DNA of 64,000 nt from a virus. The position numbers and the translations under genes were made by a program. Below the pieces are notes generated by a model. That model was not told the DNA's origin, ran no database searches, and saw only the letters and a program-made list of their open reading frames with translations. Positions 8,276 through 18,248 of this stretch are shown piece by piece (positions within the stretch are counted from its first letter, which is position 1; the number at the start of each line of letters is the position of its first letter). The stretch spans positions 23,893 to 87,892 of the IMG/VR virus record IMGVR_UViG_3300045303_000221; one strand, 5' to 3'.

Positions 8276-10663
8276 ATGAGCACAACGATCGCATCGCTGG
8301 AAGTGGCCGTTCAGACGCTCGCCGCGCGTGACACTGACCGCGCTTACGAGCGCAACGGCGTCGGCTACAACAAGGCCGACTCGTGGATCGGGCACGCGCT
8401 GGCCGAGATCCCTGCGGACACCTGGGGCGACGAAACGACGTACGCAGCGTGGGCGATGCTGCGGAAGTACCGCGGCCAGCTTGCGGGGGCCGGGATCGAC
8501 TTCGACGCGATCCCCGTCCCGGCTGAGCCGGAGTACGGCGAGGATGCGGCGCGCGACACGGCGCGCACGGCGGCGTACCGCTGGCGGGTCGAGAAGCGCC
8601 GCGCTGAGCGCCGCGCCGCGAACGTGCCGACGATCGAGATGGACGCCGGAGGGTTCGGCGTCCGGTTCCCGTACGACGAGGAGCTTGTCGCCGCGATCCG
8701 CGAGGTGCCCGACCGCCGCTGGGATCGCGACCGCACGGTGTGGGTCGTCGCGCCGAAGGGCGCTGCGGCGCTGGCGGCGTGGGCTGAGCAGTACGGCGCG
8801 CAGATGTCGGCAGAGGTGGAGTCGGCTCTCGCCGGGCTGGCCGAGTGGGCGGCGGCGGAGGCCGCGAAGCCCGCGAAGCGGCTGGAGATGAGCGGCGACA
8901 CGATCCTCGTCTACTTCCCCTACGACTCCAGCATCGTCACGATCATGCGGAGCCTGAACGGCCGCTGGGACAAGGCGGCGTCGGTGTGGAAGGTGGCCGG
9001 GCGGCAGGCCGCGAAGCTGATCGACATGGCGCGCGAGCACGACTTCGACATCGCGCCGGAGATCCTGGCGGCGGTCGAGGCGCTGGAGACGCGCCGGGCC
9101 GCGAAGGTCGATGCCTCCCGCGCGCTGGACGCAGACCTGGACATCCCCGGCATCCGCGACGGGATGAAGCTGCACCCGTTCCAGCGGGCGGGCATCCGCT
9201 ACCTCCTGGAGCACGCAGACGGGCGCGGGATCATCGGCGACGAGATGGGCCTCGGGAAGACGCCGCAGACGATGTGCACGGTGGAGCACGCCGACGCCTT
9301 CCCGTGCCTGGTGGTGGTGCCGAACCTCGTGAAGCTGAACTGGCTGCGCGAGATTGACCTGTGGCTGCCGGGCCGCTCGATCACCCTGCTCGACTCCAGC
9401 AAGACGGCCGAGGTGAAGACGGTGAGCTTCCGCCGCCATCTGCTCGCGGGCGGGGGTCGCCGGACGATCCGCACGAACGATCCGACGGCGGAGTTCATGG
9501 TCGTCAACTACGACATCCTGCACAAGCTCCTGCCGCGCTTCAGCGGCAAGTCGCTGGGCGCGGTGATCTTCGATGAGGCGCACTACCTGAAGAACCCGAA
9601 GGCGCTGCGCACGAAGGCCGCGAACGCCATCGCGTCGATCGCGAAGCTGCGCCTGATGGCGACCGGCACGGCGATCCTGAACCGGCCGATCGAGCTTCTG
9701 TCGCCGCTGGAGATTCTGGGCCGGGCCGGGGAGTTCGGTGGCCGGTCGAGCTACCAGCGCCGCTACTGCAACGCGCACGAGGACTCTCGCGGTCACTGGG
9801 ACGTGTCGGGTGCGAGCAACCTGCCGGAGTTGAACGAGCGGCTGCGCGAGGTCTGCTACGTGCGGCGCGATAAGCGCGACGTGCTGACCGAGCTTCCGCC
9901 GGTGCAGCGGCAGACGGTGCTGCTCCCGATCACGAACCGCAAGGAGTACGAGCGGGCCGAGGACGACGTGGTGCAGTGGGCACGCGACAAGGCCCGGACC
10001 GACCGCGCGTTCCACGCAACGCTGGGCGGCCTGACGGCGGCGGAGCGGACGGAGGCGATCCGGGCACACGCGGCGGAGGCTGGCACTCGCGCGATGGCGG
10101 CGGAGGCGCTGCGCCGGATGGGCGCGCTGCGCAAGCTGACCGGCGAGGGTAAGGTCGCTGCGGTGAAGGACTGGGTGACGGAGTTCCTGACCGAGGAAGA
10201 CAAGCTGATCCTGTTCACCTGGCACGTGGAGGGTGTGCAGGAGGCCCTGATCGACACCTTCCCCGGCTGCGCCCGGGTGCTGGCGTCGGACTCCAAGGAG
10301 CGCCGCGACGCGGAGGTGGAGCGGTTCCAGACCGACCCGGACTGCAAGCTGATCGTCATCAGCCTGAACGTCGGCGGGGTCGGCCTCACGATCACCGCCG
10401 CGCATCACCTGGCGTTCGTGGAGCTTCCCTGGCGGCCTGGTGATGTTGACCAGGCCGAGGGGCGCGCGTACGGTCGCCTGAACGATGCGCACGGCCTCAC
10501 GAGCTACTTCCTGCTCGGCGAGGACACCTTCGATCTGGACATGGCTGACTTGCTGGACGAGAAGCGGATGGTGACCGACGCGGTGAACAGCGGCGCGGAC
10601 GGCGCGAGCGGCGACTCGATCATGGCGAGCCTGGTCGCGAAGATGGCGGAGCGGGCGGCGTGA
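8276..10663 (+). CDS. SNF2-family ATPase with two HARP-like repeats (SMARCAL1-like)
   Basis: GDEMGLGKT, DEAH, TGTAILNRP, GGVGLTI, QAEGRAY; two FPYD...RWD....W repeats before the ATPase. Confidence 0.9.
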   Translation: MSTTIASLEVAVQTLAARDTDRAYERNGVGYNKADSWIGHALAEIPADTWGDETTYAAWAMLRKYRGQLAGAGIDFDAIPVPAEPEYGEDAARDTARTAAYRWRVEKRRAERRAANVPTIEMDAGGFGVRFPYDEELVAAIREVPDRRWDRDRTVWVVAPKGAAALAAWAEQYGAQMSAEVESALAGLAEWAAAEAAKPAKRLEMSGDTILVYFPYDSSIVTIMRSLNGRWDKAASVWKVAGRQAAKLIDMAREHDFDIAPEILAAVEALETRRAAKVDASRALDADLDIPGIRDGMKLHPFQRAGIRYLLEHADGRGIIGDEMGLGKTPQTMCTVEHADAFPCLVVVPNLVKLNWLREIDLWLPGRSITLLDSSKTAEVKTVSFRRHLLAGGGRRTIRTNDPTAEFMVVNYDILHKLLPRFSGKSLGAVIFDEAHYLKNPKALRTKAANAIASIAKLRLMATGTAILNRPIELLSPLEILGRAGEFGGRSSYQRRYCNAHEDSRGHWDVSGASNLPELNERLREVCYVRRDKRDVLTELPPVQRQTVLLPITNRKEYERAEDDVVQWARDKARTDRAFHATLGGLTAAERTEAIRAHAAEAGTRAMAAEALRRMGALRKLTGEGKVAAVKDWVTEFLTEEDKLILFTWHVEGVQEALIDTFPGCARVLASDSKERRDAEVERFQTDPDCKLIVISLNVGGVGLTITAAHHLAFVELPWRPGDVDQAEGRAYGRLNDAHGLTSYFLLGEDTFDLDMADLLDEKRMVTDAVNSGADGASGDSIMASLVAKMAERAA

Positions 10664-11181
10664 CGACGCCGGTCGAGGCGTTGCTGTTGCTGCTGGGCGA
10701 GGCGCACGACTACGTGGACCCGGCGCTGCATCCCGGCTTCCACGAGCGGGTGCACGAGGCCGTCGCTGCCTACGAGAAGCCCGGCTCGTTGTGGCTGGTC
10801 ACGTCCGGCGAATACAGCGGCTTCGGCGTGGAGTTCGCGATGCCGTCCGAGGAGGCGGCCGAGGCGTGGTGCCAGCGCGTCCTGGAGGTGCACGGCCTGC
10901 GCTACGACGTGCAGGAGGTGAGGCTGGTCGGCGACGAGGGGCCTGCGATCCTGACCTGGTACACGGCCCTCGTGACGCGGACGTTCCCGGACATGCAGGT
11001 CTTGACGCATCAGGAGTTGGAGTTCGTGATGCCGAATCTGGTGCAGGCGAAGACGACGACGCAGACCCTGCCGAACGGCGAGTGGTCGGTGCACTCGATC
11101 GGCACCGACAAGGATCGGGTGGTGAAGGCGGCGCACGATGCCGTCGCGACCGTTCGTGCCCGGGCGGCGGGCGTGTCGTGA
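10660..11181 (+). CDS. hypothetical protein
   Basis: Coupled ORF; WLVTSGEYS. Confidence 0.6.
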   Translation: MTTPVEALLLLLGEAHDYVDPALHPGFHERVHEAVAAYEKPGSLWLVTSGEYSGFGVEFAMPSEEAAEAWCQRVLEVHGLRYDVQEVRLVGDEGPAILTWYTALVTRTFPDMQVLTHQELEFVMPNLVQAKTTTQTLPNGEWSVHSIGTDKDRVVKAAHDAVATVRARAAGVS

Positions 11182-11420
11182 TCGACTCGGGGAAGGTCGA
11201 GCTTGTCGGCGTGGAGGACGACTACGAGGGCGGCGTGCGGCTCTACTACACGCACCGGTCGATGGGCGTCTACGCGCTCGTGACCGACCCGGAGTGGGTC
11301 GCGAAGGCGCGGCAGGCGTGGGCGGGGATGGGTCGCGTGTTCATCCCGCGGCCGGAGCGTGGGCGGCGGTTCCAGGATCGCGATGCAGAGCAGTTCCCCG
11401 GCCCCGAGTGGCGGCCGTGA
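11178..11420 (+). CDS. hypothetical protein
   Basis: GTGA coupling. Confidence 0.55.
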   Translation: MIDSGKVELVGVEDDYEGGVRLYYTHRSMGVYALVTDPEWVAKARQAWAGMGRVFIPRPERGRRFQDRDAEQFPGPEWRP

Positions 11421-11503
11421 TGACGTGGCTGCAGCGGATCACGATGGGGATCGTCGCGGCGCTGATCGTCGTCGGCGTCGTGACGGTGCTGGTGCGGCTA
11501 TGA
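11417..11503 (+). CDS. small single-TM protein
   Basis: Coupled at both ends; hydrophobic. Confidence 0.45.
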   Translation: MMTWLQRITMGIVAALIVVGVVTVLVRL

Positions 11504-11796
11504 CGAGCGAGCCGCGCCACTACCTGTTCGGCGGTGAGGACTACTACCCGAGCGCGCCGCCGGGCGACCTGATCCTTGTCGGCACGCTGGAGCAGTGCCG
11601 GGCGATGGCGGTGACGGTCGCCGACCGCGGCTACATACACCGCGAGGGCGGGATCGGCGGGACTCCGGTCTTCACGCTGCCGGAGAACAGCGACGACTTC
11701 TCGTTCATGCGAATGTCGATCGAGTGGTGGCGGATCCTGAACGCGGACATGGAGGTGGTCGAGCATGGTGCGGACGACAACCCCTACGGCGGCTGA
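11500..11796 (+). CDS. hypothetical protein
   Basis: ATGA coupling; [10 protein letters not shown]. Confidence 0.6.
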   Translation: MTSEPRHYLFGGEDYYPSAPPGDLILVGTLEQCRAMAVTVADRGYIHREGGIGGTPVFTLPENSDDFSFMRMSIEWWRILNADMEVVEHGADDNPYGG

Positions 11797-11799
11797 GCG

Positions 11800-12192
11800 G
11801 TGAGCGGCATCCCGATCCTGTTCCGGGGGCGCAAGCGCCAGCCGGTCACGCACCACCTGGTGAACGGCGTGGTGGTCGAGAACAACGATCCGGACAAGCC
11901 GCGCTACACGTACACGGACCTGCGGGGCGTGACGATCACGACTGACGACCGGCCGCCCGGGTTCAGCCGTCCGCCGTCGGTCTGGAGCATGAGGATCGCC
12001 GTGTCGTTGGCGGCGATCGCGGCGATAGGGATGTTCTCGCTGCTCGGCTACGTGACCGTCGTGTACGTCATCCAGGGGAAGCCGACGGCGCGCGAGCGCC
12101 AGAGGCAGAATGTCGCCGAGCTTCAGCGCGAGGTCGCCGAGTTGAAGCTGCGGGTCGATACGCTGTCTCTGCGGATCGAGGGAGAGCGATGA
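11800..12192 (+). CDS. membrane protein with coiled coil
   Basis: One TM segment then heptad repeats. Confidence 0.6.
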   Translation: MSGIPILFRGRKRQPVTHHLVNGVVVENNDPDKPRYTYTDLRGVTITTDDRPPGFSRPPSVWSMRIAVSLAAIAAIGMFSLLGYVTVVYVIQGKPTARERQRQNVAELQREVAELKLRVDTLSLRIEGER

Positions 12193-12530
12193 AGCCGGGC
12201 CAGTGGGTGCGCGACGTGAAGCTGTCGGACGGCCCGGAGGGTCAGGTGCTGAACGTGCGGGAGTGGTGGGGGCAGTCCGGCCAGCGGCCGACGTGGCTGC
12301 TCGTGCAGTGGCGCGGCGAGGCGGGGCCGCGATCGGTGGCGCTGGAGGCGGTGGAGTTCGTGCGCGAGGGGCCGGAGCGGATCGTCGTCGTGAGCCTGCC
12401 GGTGAGCGCGCTCGTGCAACTCGTGGACGCGGCGTTCTCGGCCGAGGGCGAGGGACAGGCGGACGCGGCGTGCTCGCGGAACCTGGTGGAAGCGCTCGGG
12501 GCGGAGTGGACTGGGATGGAGCCGTGGTGA
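12189..12530 (+). CDS. hypothetical protein
   Basis: ATGA coupling. Confidence 0.55.
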   Translation: MKPGQWVRDVKLSDGPEGQVLNVREWWGQSGQRPTWLLVQWRGEAGPRSVALEAVEFVREGPERIVVVSLPVSALVQLVDAAFSAEGEGQADAACSRNLVEALGAEWTGMEPW

Positions 12531-13234
12531 CCCGCGCCGCCGTGGGGTTCGTCGTCGTGCTGCTCGTGACGGCTCCGGGCTGGAACTGGCAGTCGAAGCC
12601 GGGGCCGCCGGGGCCGCGCGGGAAGCCGGGCAAGACGGGCAAGCAGGGGCCGCGCGGGCCTCGTGGGTTCCGCGGCGTGCCGGGCGTGCCTGGTGCCCCT
12701 GGTGCGCCGGGTGCGACCGGCCCGCAGGGGCCTGCAGGGCCAGCTACGGGCGTCCCTGGGCCGCCGGGGGCTACGGGCGCGCAGGGTCCGCAGGGCGCTC
12801 AGGGGCCGCAGGGGCCGCCCGGACCGCCCGGCGCGACCGGCGGGCAGGGCGAGACTGGGCCGCGCGGGTCACGCGGGCCGCGAGGTTTACGAGGCCCGCG
12901 CGGGCCGAGAGGCGTCAGGGGCCAGCGTGGACCGCGCGGCGTCCGGGGTCGCACCGGCCCGCAGGGACCGCCTGGTCCTGGGATCACGGAGCCGGAGGTC
13001 GTGACGCATCGCAGTGACAACAGCAATGCGGACGTGAAGACTTCGACGGCGACATGTCCACCAGGCACGTTTCTCACGGGCGGTGGATTCTCGACCAACC
13101 TGCTCGATGAGCGTCTGACTCCCTTGCGGATGTTCCCGCACGGGCCGTCTTGGACGGTCACGGTAGCTGAGATCAACGGCGTCCCGAACAACGTTCTGTG
13201 GGACGTGACGGCGTACGCTGTCTGCGTGTCGTAG
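12527..13234 (+). CDS. exported collagen-like protein
   Basis: Hydrophobic N-terminus, about 40 Gly-X-Y triplets, C-terminal CPPG..LTGGGF...AYAVC domain. Confidence 0.8.
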   Translation: MTRAAVGFVVVLLVTAPGWNWQSKPGPPGPRGKPGKTGKQGPRGPRGFRGVPGVPGAPGAPGATGPQGPAGPATGVPGPPGATGAQGPQGAQGPQGPPGPPGATGGQGETGPRGSRGPRGLRGPRGPRGVRGQRGPRGVRGRTGPQGPPGPGITEPEVVTHRSDNSNADVKTSTATCPPGTFLTGGGFSTNLLDERLTPLRMFPHGPSWTVTVAEINGVPNNVLWDVTAYAVCVS

Positions 13235-13251
13235 AGACGAGAGAGGAGAGC

Positions 13252-13467
13252 ATGATGGAAAGGCTCAGAGAGGCGCTGGAGCGCGTGGCGCAGGCCCTGG
13301 GGCGGCTGCTGGAGGCAGTCGCGACGGCGCTGGACAACCTCGCGCTGTTGATCGAGCGGTCGGTACGGCGGCGGACGAGGCGGCTTGAGACGCGGCGGCT
13401 CGGTGATGCGCGGAGGATGGCACGGGGCGAGCCGAGGTTCGTGGCCGCGACGGTGCGGCGACGGTGA
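13252..13467 (+). CDS. hypothetical protein
   Basis: GAGGAG RBS, ATG. Confidence 0.55.
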   Translation: MMERLREALERVAQALGRLLEAVATALDNLALLIERSVRRRTRRLETRRLGDARRMARGEPRFVAATVRRR

Positions 13468-13724
13468 ACTGCCGGGGCTGTGGTGCGCCGGTGAAGATGC
13501 TGGCGACGTACGGCGGGTGGCGCTACTCGCCGCCGAAGATGATGCCGCTCGACCCGGACCCGGTGGAGAACGGCAACGTCGTGATCGAACCGCCGGACGG
13601 CGCGATCCCGGCGCGGGCGCGGGTGCTGAAGAAGGGCGAGGCGGAGAACCTGCCGGAGGGCACCCTGCGATACAGGAGCCACTTCGCGACTTGCTCGGAG
13701 GCGGACAAGTTTCGACGCCGATAG
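13464..13724 (+). CDS. small Zn-binding phage protein
   Basis: CRGCGA...MPLDPDP..NGN...YRSHFATC. Confidence 0.65.
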   Translation: MNCRGCGAPVKMLATYGGWRYSPPKMMPLDPDPVENGNVVIEPPDGAIPARARVLKKGEAENLPEGTLRYRSHFATCSEADKFRRR

Positions 13725-13739
13725 TGCTAAGCTCGCGGT

Positions 13740-14195
13740 GTGAGTTTGGCTGACGGACTCAGAGAGGTGGCGATGGAGTGCGATCTACTTCTGCCGGACC
13801 AGGCGATGAAGCTCCGCGCGTTCGCGAGAACGCTGGACGAGGAGGCGGCGCAGGTGCTGGCCGCTCGCGAGGGGAAGTCGCACCGCTTCGGTCAGCCGAC
13901 GGAGCACAAGGCGGCGCAGCGTCGCCTGCCGGGGTGGGGAACGCAGTGCGGCCTGCTGCTGAGGTCGATCGTGGAGCGCGGCCACGACGGCTACACCCAG
14001 AACGAGATGGAGCGGATTCCGGGGATCAGGACGAACGCGCACCGCACCCGGAAGAACGACCTGGAGGACATGGGCCTGGTGATGGACTCGGGTCGCACCC
14101 GCAAGACGGAGACGGGCACGGACGCGATCGTGTGGATCGCGACGCTGAAGGGTCACCGCTGGCACGAGGAGAACGTACGACGCCGCGCGGGCTGA
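13740..14195 (+). CDS. winged-helix protein
   Basis: RKNDLEDMGLVMDSGRTR.T.TG..AIVW; leaderless TAAGCT-N6-GTG. Confidence 0.65.
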   Translation: MSLADGLREVAMECDLLLPDQAMKLRAFARTLDEEAAQVLAAREGKSHRFGQPTEHKAAQRRLPGWGTQCGLLLRSIVERGHDGYTQNEMERIPGIRTNAHRTRKNDLEDMGLVMDSGRTRKTETGTDAIVWIATLKGHRWHEENVRRRAG

Positions 14196-14349
14196 CGCTG
14201 GCGCGACTGGCGACGCTGGTGCTGGTGGCGGCGATGACGGTGGTCATCGCTCAGATGACGCCGCCGTGGGCGCAGTCGATCCTGCTGGCGCTGGTCGCGT
14301 TCTACGGGACGTTCGCGATGGCGATCTGGCAGGTCGTGGAGCGCGGCGA

Positions 14350-14445
14350 GTGAGCGCGATCGTCGTGTTCATCTGTCGGCGGTGCGGCAAGGAGATGCCG
14401 CCGATCCGGAAGTGCCCGCACTGCGATTACGAGCCTGGCCGATGA
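14350..14445 (+). CDS. micro zinc-ribbon protein (31 aa)
   Basis: CRRC...CPHC; overlaps neighbours at both ends; absent from ORF track. Confidence 0.5.
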   Translation: MSAIVVFICRRCGKEMPPIRKCPHCDYEPGR

Positions 14446-14723
14446 AGGCGATCTACAAGTACCCGCTGACGGTCGCCCGTGACCAGGAGGTGTGGCTGCG
14501 GGAGGGCGCGGCCATCCTGACGGTCGCGTACGAGGGGCAAGACCTGCGGCTGTGGGCGCTGTGCGACCAGTCGCGCGAACCGGAGATGCGGAAGGTCTGG
14601 GTGTTCGGCGACGGAGCGCCGGTGCCGGGCAGCGTCTATGCGGAGATGTACCTGACGAGCGTGTTCCATCCGGGCATCGGGCTGACGTTCCACGTGTTCG
14701 TGGAGCGCGAGGTGGCGGTGTGA
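14442..14723 (+). CDS. conserved phage protein
   Basis: MKAIYKYPL...GAAILTV...LWALCD...FHVF; similar pattern to 36794-37132. Confidence 0.65.
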   Translation: MKAIYKYPLTVARDQEVWLREGAAILTVAYEGQDLRLWALCDQSREPEMRKVWVFGDGAPVPGSVYAEMYLTSVFHPGIGLTFHVFVEREVAV

Positions 14724-14929
14724 CCCCGAGCGAGATAGTGGCGCGGCTGCGTGCTCGCGCCGATCTCGCGGAAGTGACGCTGGCGCGGGGCATCGGCGCG
14801 GGCGTGACAGGACACGGAACGCCGTACCCGCCGAGCCGGATCAAGCGCATCGAGGAGGCCGTCGCGCTCGACCGCGAGGCCGCCGACTTGATCGAGGTGC
14901 TGGGCGGCGTGCGAGAGGTGGCGGGGTGA
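14720..14929 (+). CDS. hypothetical protein
   Basis: Coupled ORF. Confidence 0.5.
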   Translation: MTPSEIVARLRARADLAEVTLARGIGAGVTGHGTPYPPSRIKRIEEAVALDREAADLIEVLGGVREVAG

Positions 14930-15303
14930 AGCGCTCGCCGATGAAGCGCACCCGGATCGAGCGGGACTGGACGGACGCGCGGGCGAAGTGCGTGGCCGAG
15001 GGCCGGTGCCGGGTGTGCGGGCGGAAGGGCAAGGTGGAGGCGGGGCACGTGATCGGCCGCGAGCATGACCGCCCGCGTACGCTGGGCGAGGCGAAGCTGT
15101 GGGTGAACCCGCTGGACGTGGTGCCGCTGTGCACGACGCATCACCGGGCGTACGATCACCGGAAGCTCGACCTGCTCGGGGTACTGACGGTGGAGGAGCA
15201 GGCGCGGGCGGTGTACGTGGCGGGCGGGATGATCACGGCGCTGCGCCGGATCACGGGCAATCGCGAGGTTGCTGTCACGGAAGGCGCGTCGGCAGGCTTG
15301 TAG
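14926..15303 (+). CDS. HNH-type endonuclease
   Basis: CRVC...AGHVI...VVPLCTTHH..YD. Confidence 0.7.
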   Translation: MKRSPMKRTRIERDWTDARAKCVAEGRCRVCGRKGKVEAGHVIGREHDRPRTLGEAKLWVNPLDVVPLCTTHHRAYDHRKLDLLGVLTVEEQARAVYVAGGMITALRRITGNREVAVTEGASAGL

Positions 15304-15307
15304 AGGT

Positions 15308-15487
15308 ATGGCGAATGACAAGACCCGACTCCACCAGGGCGCGCACGCGCGCACCGCATACGAGTGCTCGTGCGGCAAGATCGTCCACGGGAACGGTGCC
15401 CGCGCGTCGCACCGCGCAGCGCACGAGCGGCGCGGCGAGTTCGTGACCCTGCGGCGCTACAACCCGTACAACGCGGCGAAGCCCTAG
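15308..15487 (+). CDS. small C2H2-like Zn protein
   Basis: CSCGK-x10-H-x3-H; GAGG RBS. Confidence 0.55.
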   Translation: MANDKTRLHQGAHARTAYECSCGKIVHGNGARASHRAAHERRGEFVTLRRYNPYNAAKP

Positions 15488-15496
15488 ACTCACCGG

Positions 15497-15703
15497 ATGG
15501 CTGAATACCGACTGTGGCTGCGCGGTGGCGCGAGCCTTGAGATTGACGAGGAATCGCGCGAGCACCTGATCAGCTACTTCGCGGCGGAGGATCGCGGCGA
15601 CATCCACGACCCGCCGACGATGATGCAGTTGACCAGTCCGCAGGGCAAGCAGATGGACGTGCGGATCAAGGCCGTGGACGCGATCACGTTCAACACCGCC
15701 TAG
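15497..15703 (+). CDS. hypothetical protein
   Basis: Leaderless TAGACT-N6-ATG. Confidence 0.6.
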   Translation: MAEYRLWLRGGASLEIDEESREHLISYFAAEDRGDIHDPPTMMQLTSPQGKQMDVRIKAVDAITFNTA

Positions 15704-15711
15704 CGCTTGCC

Positions 15712-15735
15712 CTAACGCACGGCGTGTGTTAGGTT
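15712..15735 (+). promoter_or_regulatory. conserved promoter copy
   Basis: CTAACGCACGGCGTGTGT-TAGGTT; hairpin-AGAGAGG follows at about 15770-15794. Confidence 0.7.
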
Positions 15736-15802
15736 CCGTAGTACGCCGGGAGTGCAACCGGCAAAGAACGCCGAGCGGAGGCTCGGCAGAGAGGGGTACG
15801 AC

Positions 15803-16243
15803 ATGCGTGAAGGAATCAAGCGCGTCTGCATCGGGGTCGGCATTCTGCTGGCCGGTGTGGGCGTCGCGTCGGCGCTCGCTGCGTGCGGTAGCGCCGCGAC
15901 GGCAGGAACGGAGGCGGCCCCGGCCGCGACGGTGACGGTGCAGGCTCCGGCCGCTCCGGCGGTGACGGTGACGACGCCCGCTCCCGAGGACACCGCGACC
16001 GAGGACTCGACCACCGAGGACGCCCCGGCCGAGGACGTGAAGATGCCCGACTACGTGGGGCAGACGCTCGACATCGCCGAGGACGAGTTGGACTCGATGG
16101 GCGTCACCTACCACGAGGTCGGCGGCGGCACCTTCGGGATCGTCGTGCCGTCCAACTGGACGGTCTGTCAGACGAAGCCGAAGGCTGGCAAGTCGATCGA
16201 CATCGCGACCGACGTGGCCCTCATCGTGAAGCGGGAGTGCTGA
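15803..16243 (+). CDS. PASTA-domain lipoprotein
   Basis: Lipobox LAAC, Thr/Ala/Pro linker, MPDYVGQTL..AEDEL...NWTVCQTKPKAG. Confidence 0.8.
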   Translation: MREGIKRVCIGVGILLAGVGVASALAACGSAATAGTEAAPAATVTVQAPAAPAVTVTTPAPEDTATEDSTTEDAPAEDVKMPDYVGQTLDIAEDELDSMGVTYHEVGGGTFGIVVPSNWTVCQTKPKAGKSIDIATDVALIVKREC

Positions 16244-16244
16244 G

Positions 16245-16487
16245 ATGAGCGACCGGGCCTGGGCGATCATCGGCGTGCTCTGCGTCATCTCGATCTCGTC
16301 GTTCATCTACATGCACACGGTCGGCGCGAAGGGCGAGTCGGCCGGTCCGGCGACGCCGTTCGTCACGCCGTCGTCCGAGACGAACCTGGACGGCACGCCG
16401 CGGGTGCTGCCGCCGGGCATCTCGCTGGAGGATCTGTGTGCGCAGAACCCGGCTCCGTCCGGCTACACCGATCCGGCGTGTGGATGA
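16245..16487 (+). CDS. membrane-anchored protein
   Basis: N-terminal TM. Confidence 0.55.
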   Translation: MSDRAWAIIGVLCVISISSFIYMHTVGAKGESAGPATPFVTPSSETNLDGTPRVLPPGISLEDLCAQNPAPSGYTDPACG

Positions 16488-16744
16488 TGGGCAGGGTCAC
16501 TTCCGTGCTGGCCGTGCTGGCCTGTGCGCTCGCGGTTGCGAGCGTCCCGGCTGAGGGCGCGGCGAAGCACTACAAGAACTGCGGGGCCGTGCACAAGCGC
16601 TATCCGCACGGCATCGCGAAGTCGCGGGCGGCGGCGAACCGGCAGGTGTGGGTGACGGGCCGCCCGAAGATCAGCGCGTCGCTCTACAAGGCCAACAAGC
16701 GGCTCGACCGCGATCACGACGGGATCGCCTGCGAGGCACCGTAG
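16484..16744 (+). CDS. secreted Excalibur Ca-binding domain protein
   Basis: Signal peptide; YKNC...Y....LDRDHDGIACE. Confidence 0.85.
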   Translation: MMGRVTSVLAVLACALAVASVPAEGAAKHYKNCGAVHKRYPHGIAKSRAAANRQVWVTGRPKISASLYKANKRLDRDHDGIACEAP

Positions 16745-16755
16745 CTCGACCCACC

Positions 16756-16784
16756 GACCCCGCCGGTACGCGCGGCGGGGTCGT
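16756..16784 (+). terminator. terminator-like hairpin
   Basis: CGACCCCGCCG/CGGCGGGGTCG. Confidence 0.5.
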
Positions 16785-16856
16785 GGCTTGTGAGAGGCAC
16801 AAGCCGCTCATCCCCCCGAAGCCCGCCTGACCGGCGGGAGAGAGGAGCAAGCGCAG

Positions 16857-17426
16857 ATGCGCAAGCTCATCATGTTCGCGAGCGCCCTGGCGGCTCTCGT
16901 GGTTCCCTCGATCGCGTCGGCCGACGTGCCGCGCTATCAGACGCAGACGGCGAAGTTCACGATGATCCAGCCCGCGAACGAGTACCACCAGTTCGCCAAC
17001 GTCTGGACGCACGACTTCACCGTCACGACCAACCCGTGCAACGACACGTTCTCGGGCACCGGCGTGCAGACCGGCCACGACGGCAACGGCGACTACACCG
17101 CCACGTGGGACATCACCGGCAAGTTCGGCGCTGGCAACACGGTCACCTTCACGGCGACCCGCGCCGACACGCTCGTGCTCGGCCTGACCAACGCGCCGAT
17201 GGACAACGTGCTCGGCGGCACGAACGGCACCGTCACGATCGCCTCGACCGAGTTCGCCGGGCTTCCGCTCGTCACGCCCGACGTGATCGAGGAGAAGCTG
17301 TCGGCTCCGGTGTTCTCCAACCTGAGCAACTACCGCAACCACGGCGCGTACGTCTCGTCCGTCGGCGGCGGCAGCGATGCGGCTCACTCCTGCATCGGGA
17401 TGCCGATCGTCTCGGCTCGCTCGTAG
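16857..17426 (+). CDS. secreted beta-rich protein
   Basis: Signal peptide ending ASA; Thr/Gly/Asn-rich; NHGAYVS. Confidence 0.75.
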   Translation: MRKLIMFASALAALVVPSIASADVPRYQTQTAKFTMIQPANEYHQFANVWTHDFTVTTNPCNDTFSGTGVQTGHDGNGDYTATWDITGKFGAGNTVTFTATRADTLVLGLTNAPMDNVLGGTNGTVTIASTEFAGLPLVTPDVIEEKLSAPVFSNLSNYRNHGAYVSSVGGGSDAAHSCIGMPIVSARS

Positions 17427-17442
17427 CTCGACGCTGCGTGCT

Positions 17443-17600
17443 GCGCGGGCGACCAGCCTCCCCTGGTCGCCCGCGTGGTGCGGAGCGCCTGCTCCCGTGG
17501 AACGCCTCTCCCGCCGGGTCCCATACCGGCGGGAGAGTTCGTTCGTCCCCAGAACTCGCACGAAACTGGCCGAGCGCGCAGTATCGTGCGAGTTACGGGG
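17443..17600. other. cluster of three long hairpins
   Basis: Stems 17443-17476, 17500-17544, 17547-17600. Confidence 0.6.
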
Positions 17601-17606
17601 GTGCAG

Positions 17607-17792
17607 ATGGACTGCCCGAGGTGCGGCACGCCAATGGTGCGCGAGAAGGCTCACGACACCTGCCACTGGTGCGGCTACATCGAGCCGTGCTGCTCGGGCG
17701 AGTGCTCGCCGCCGGACTACCCCCCAACCGGCGTGCGCGCGGACCGTTCCCAACGATTCCAGGCCGCGCGTCCCTACTACCCGACAGGTTAG
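17607..17792 (+). CDS. small zinc-ribbon protein
   Basis: CPRCG...CHWCGY..PCC. Confidence 0.55.
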   Translation: MDCPRCGTPMVREKAHDTCHWCGYIEPCCSGECSPPDYPPTGVRADRSQRFQAARPYYPTG

Positions 17793-18205
17793 GCCGCTGC
17801 GGCGGCGACGCCAAGGCTGGCGACCCCGAGGATGCTCATCAGCGTGCCGCGCGGGATCGAGCGGTTGCCGTGCATCGGCACGACCACCTTCCGGCCGCCG
17901 CCGGGCGGCTCAAAGACGGCGTGCGATCCCTTCTGGCCGATGCGCTTGAACCCGGCCTTCACGAGCATCTTGTAGACCTGCTTGGGAGTCATCGCCGGGA
18001 GCCGCGAGCCGACGAAGCTGCGCGTCTCGATCGGGTGCCCTTGGCCGTCCATCGGGATGAACTCGCCGATGCGGTTGCGGCGGTGCAGAGCCTCGTCCCA
18101 CCGGACGGACGGAGGGCGGGCCTCCATGATCCTCGCGGCGCGCAGGGCGACCGCGAGGGACACGCCGCGCGACTCGTGGAGAGCCACCCGATCCCAGAAG
18201 TCCAT
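17789..18205 (-). CDS. hicA: HicA-family RNase domain with N-terminal HPR-type tag
   Basis: MTPKQVYKMLVKAGF..IGQKGSHAVF...VVVPMHGNRSIPRGTLMSIL; leader IMEA...WDEALHRRNRIGEF; leaderless TACGAT-N6-ATG. Confidence 0.85.
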   Translation of the reverse strand: MDFWDRVALHESRGVSLAVALRAARIMEARPPSVRWDEALHRRNRIGEFIPMDGQGHPIETRSFVGSRLPAMTPKQVYKMLVKAGFKRIGQKGSHAVFEPPGGGRKVVVPMHGNRSIPRGTLMSILGVASLGVAAAAA

Positions 18206-18248
18206 GCGTGGATCGTAGTACGACCGCTGCGACCTGTAGCATTCAGGC

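Noticed and set aside
12600-12980. GC-rich tandem-like repeats (also 38050-38340)
   Set aside because: Explained by Gly-X-Y collagen coding, not an independent DNA repeat
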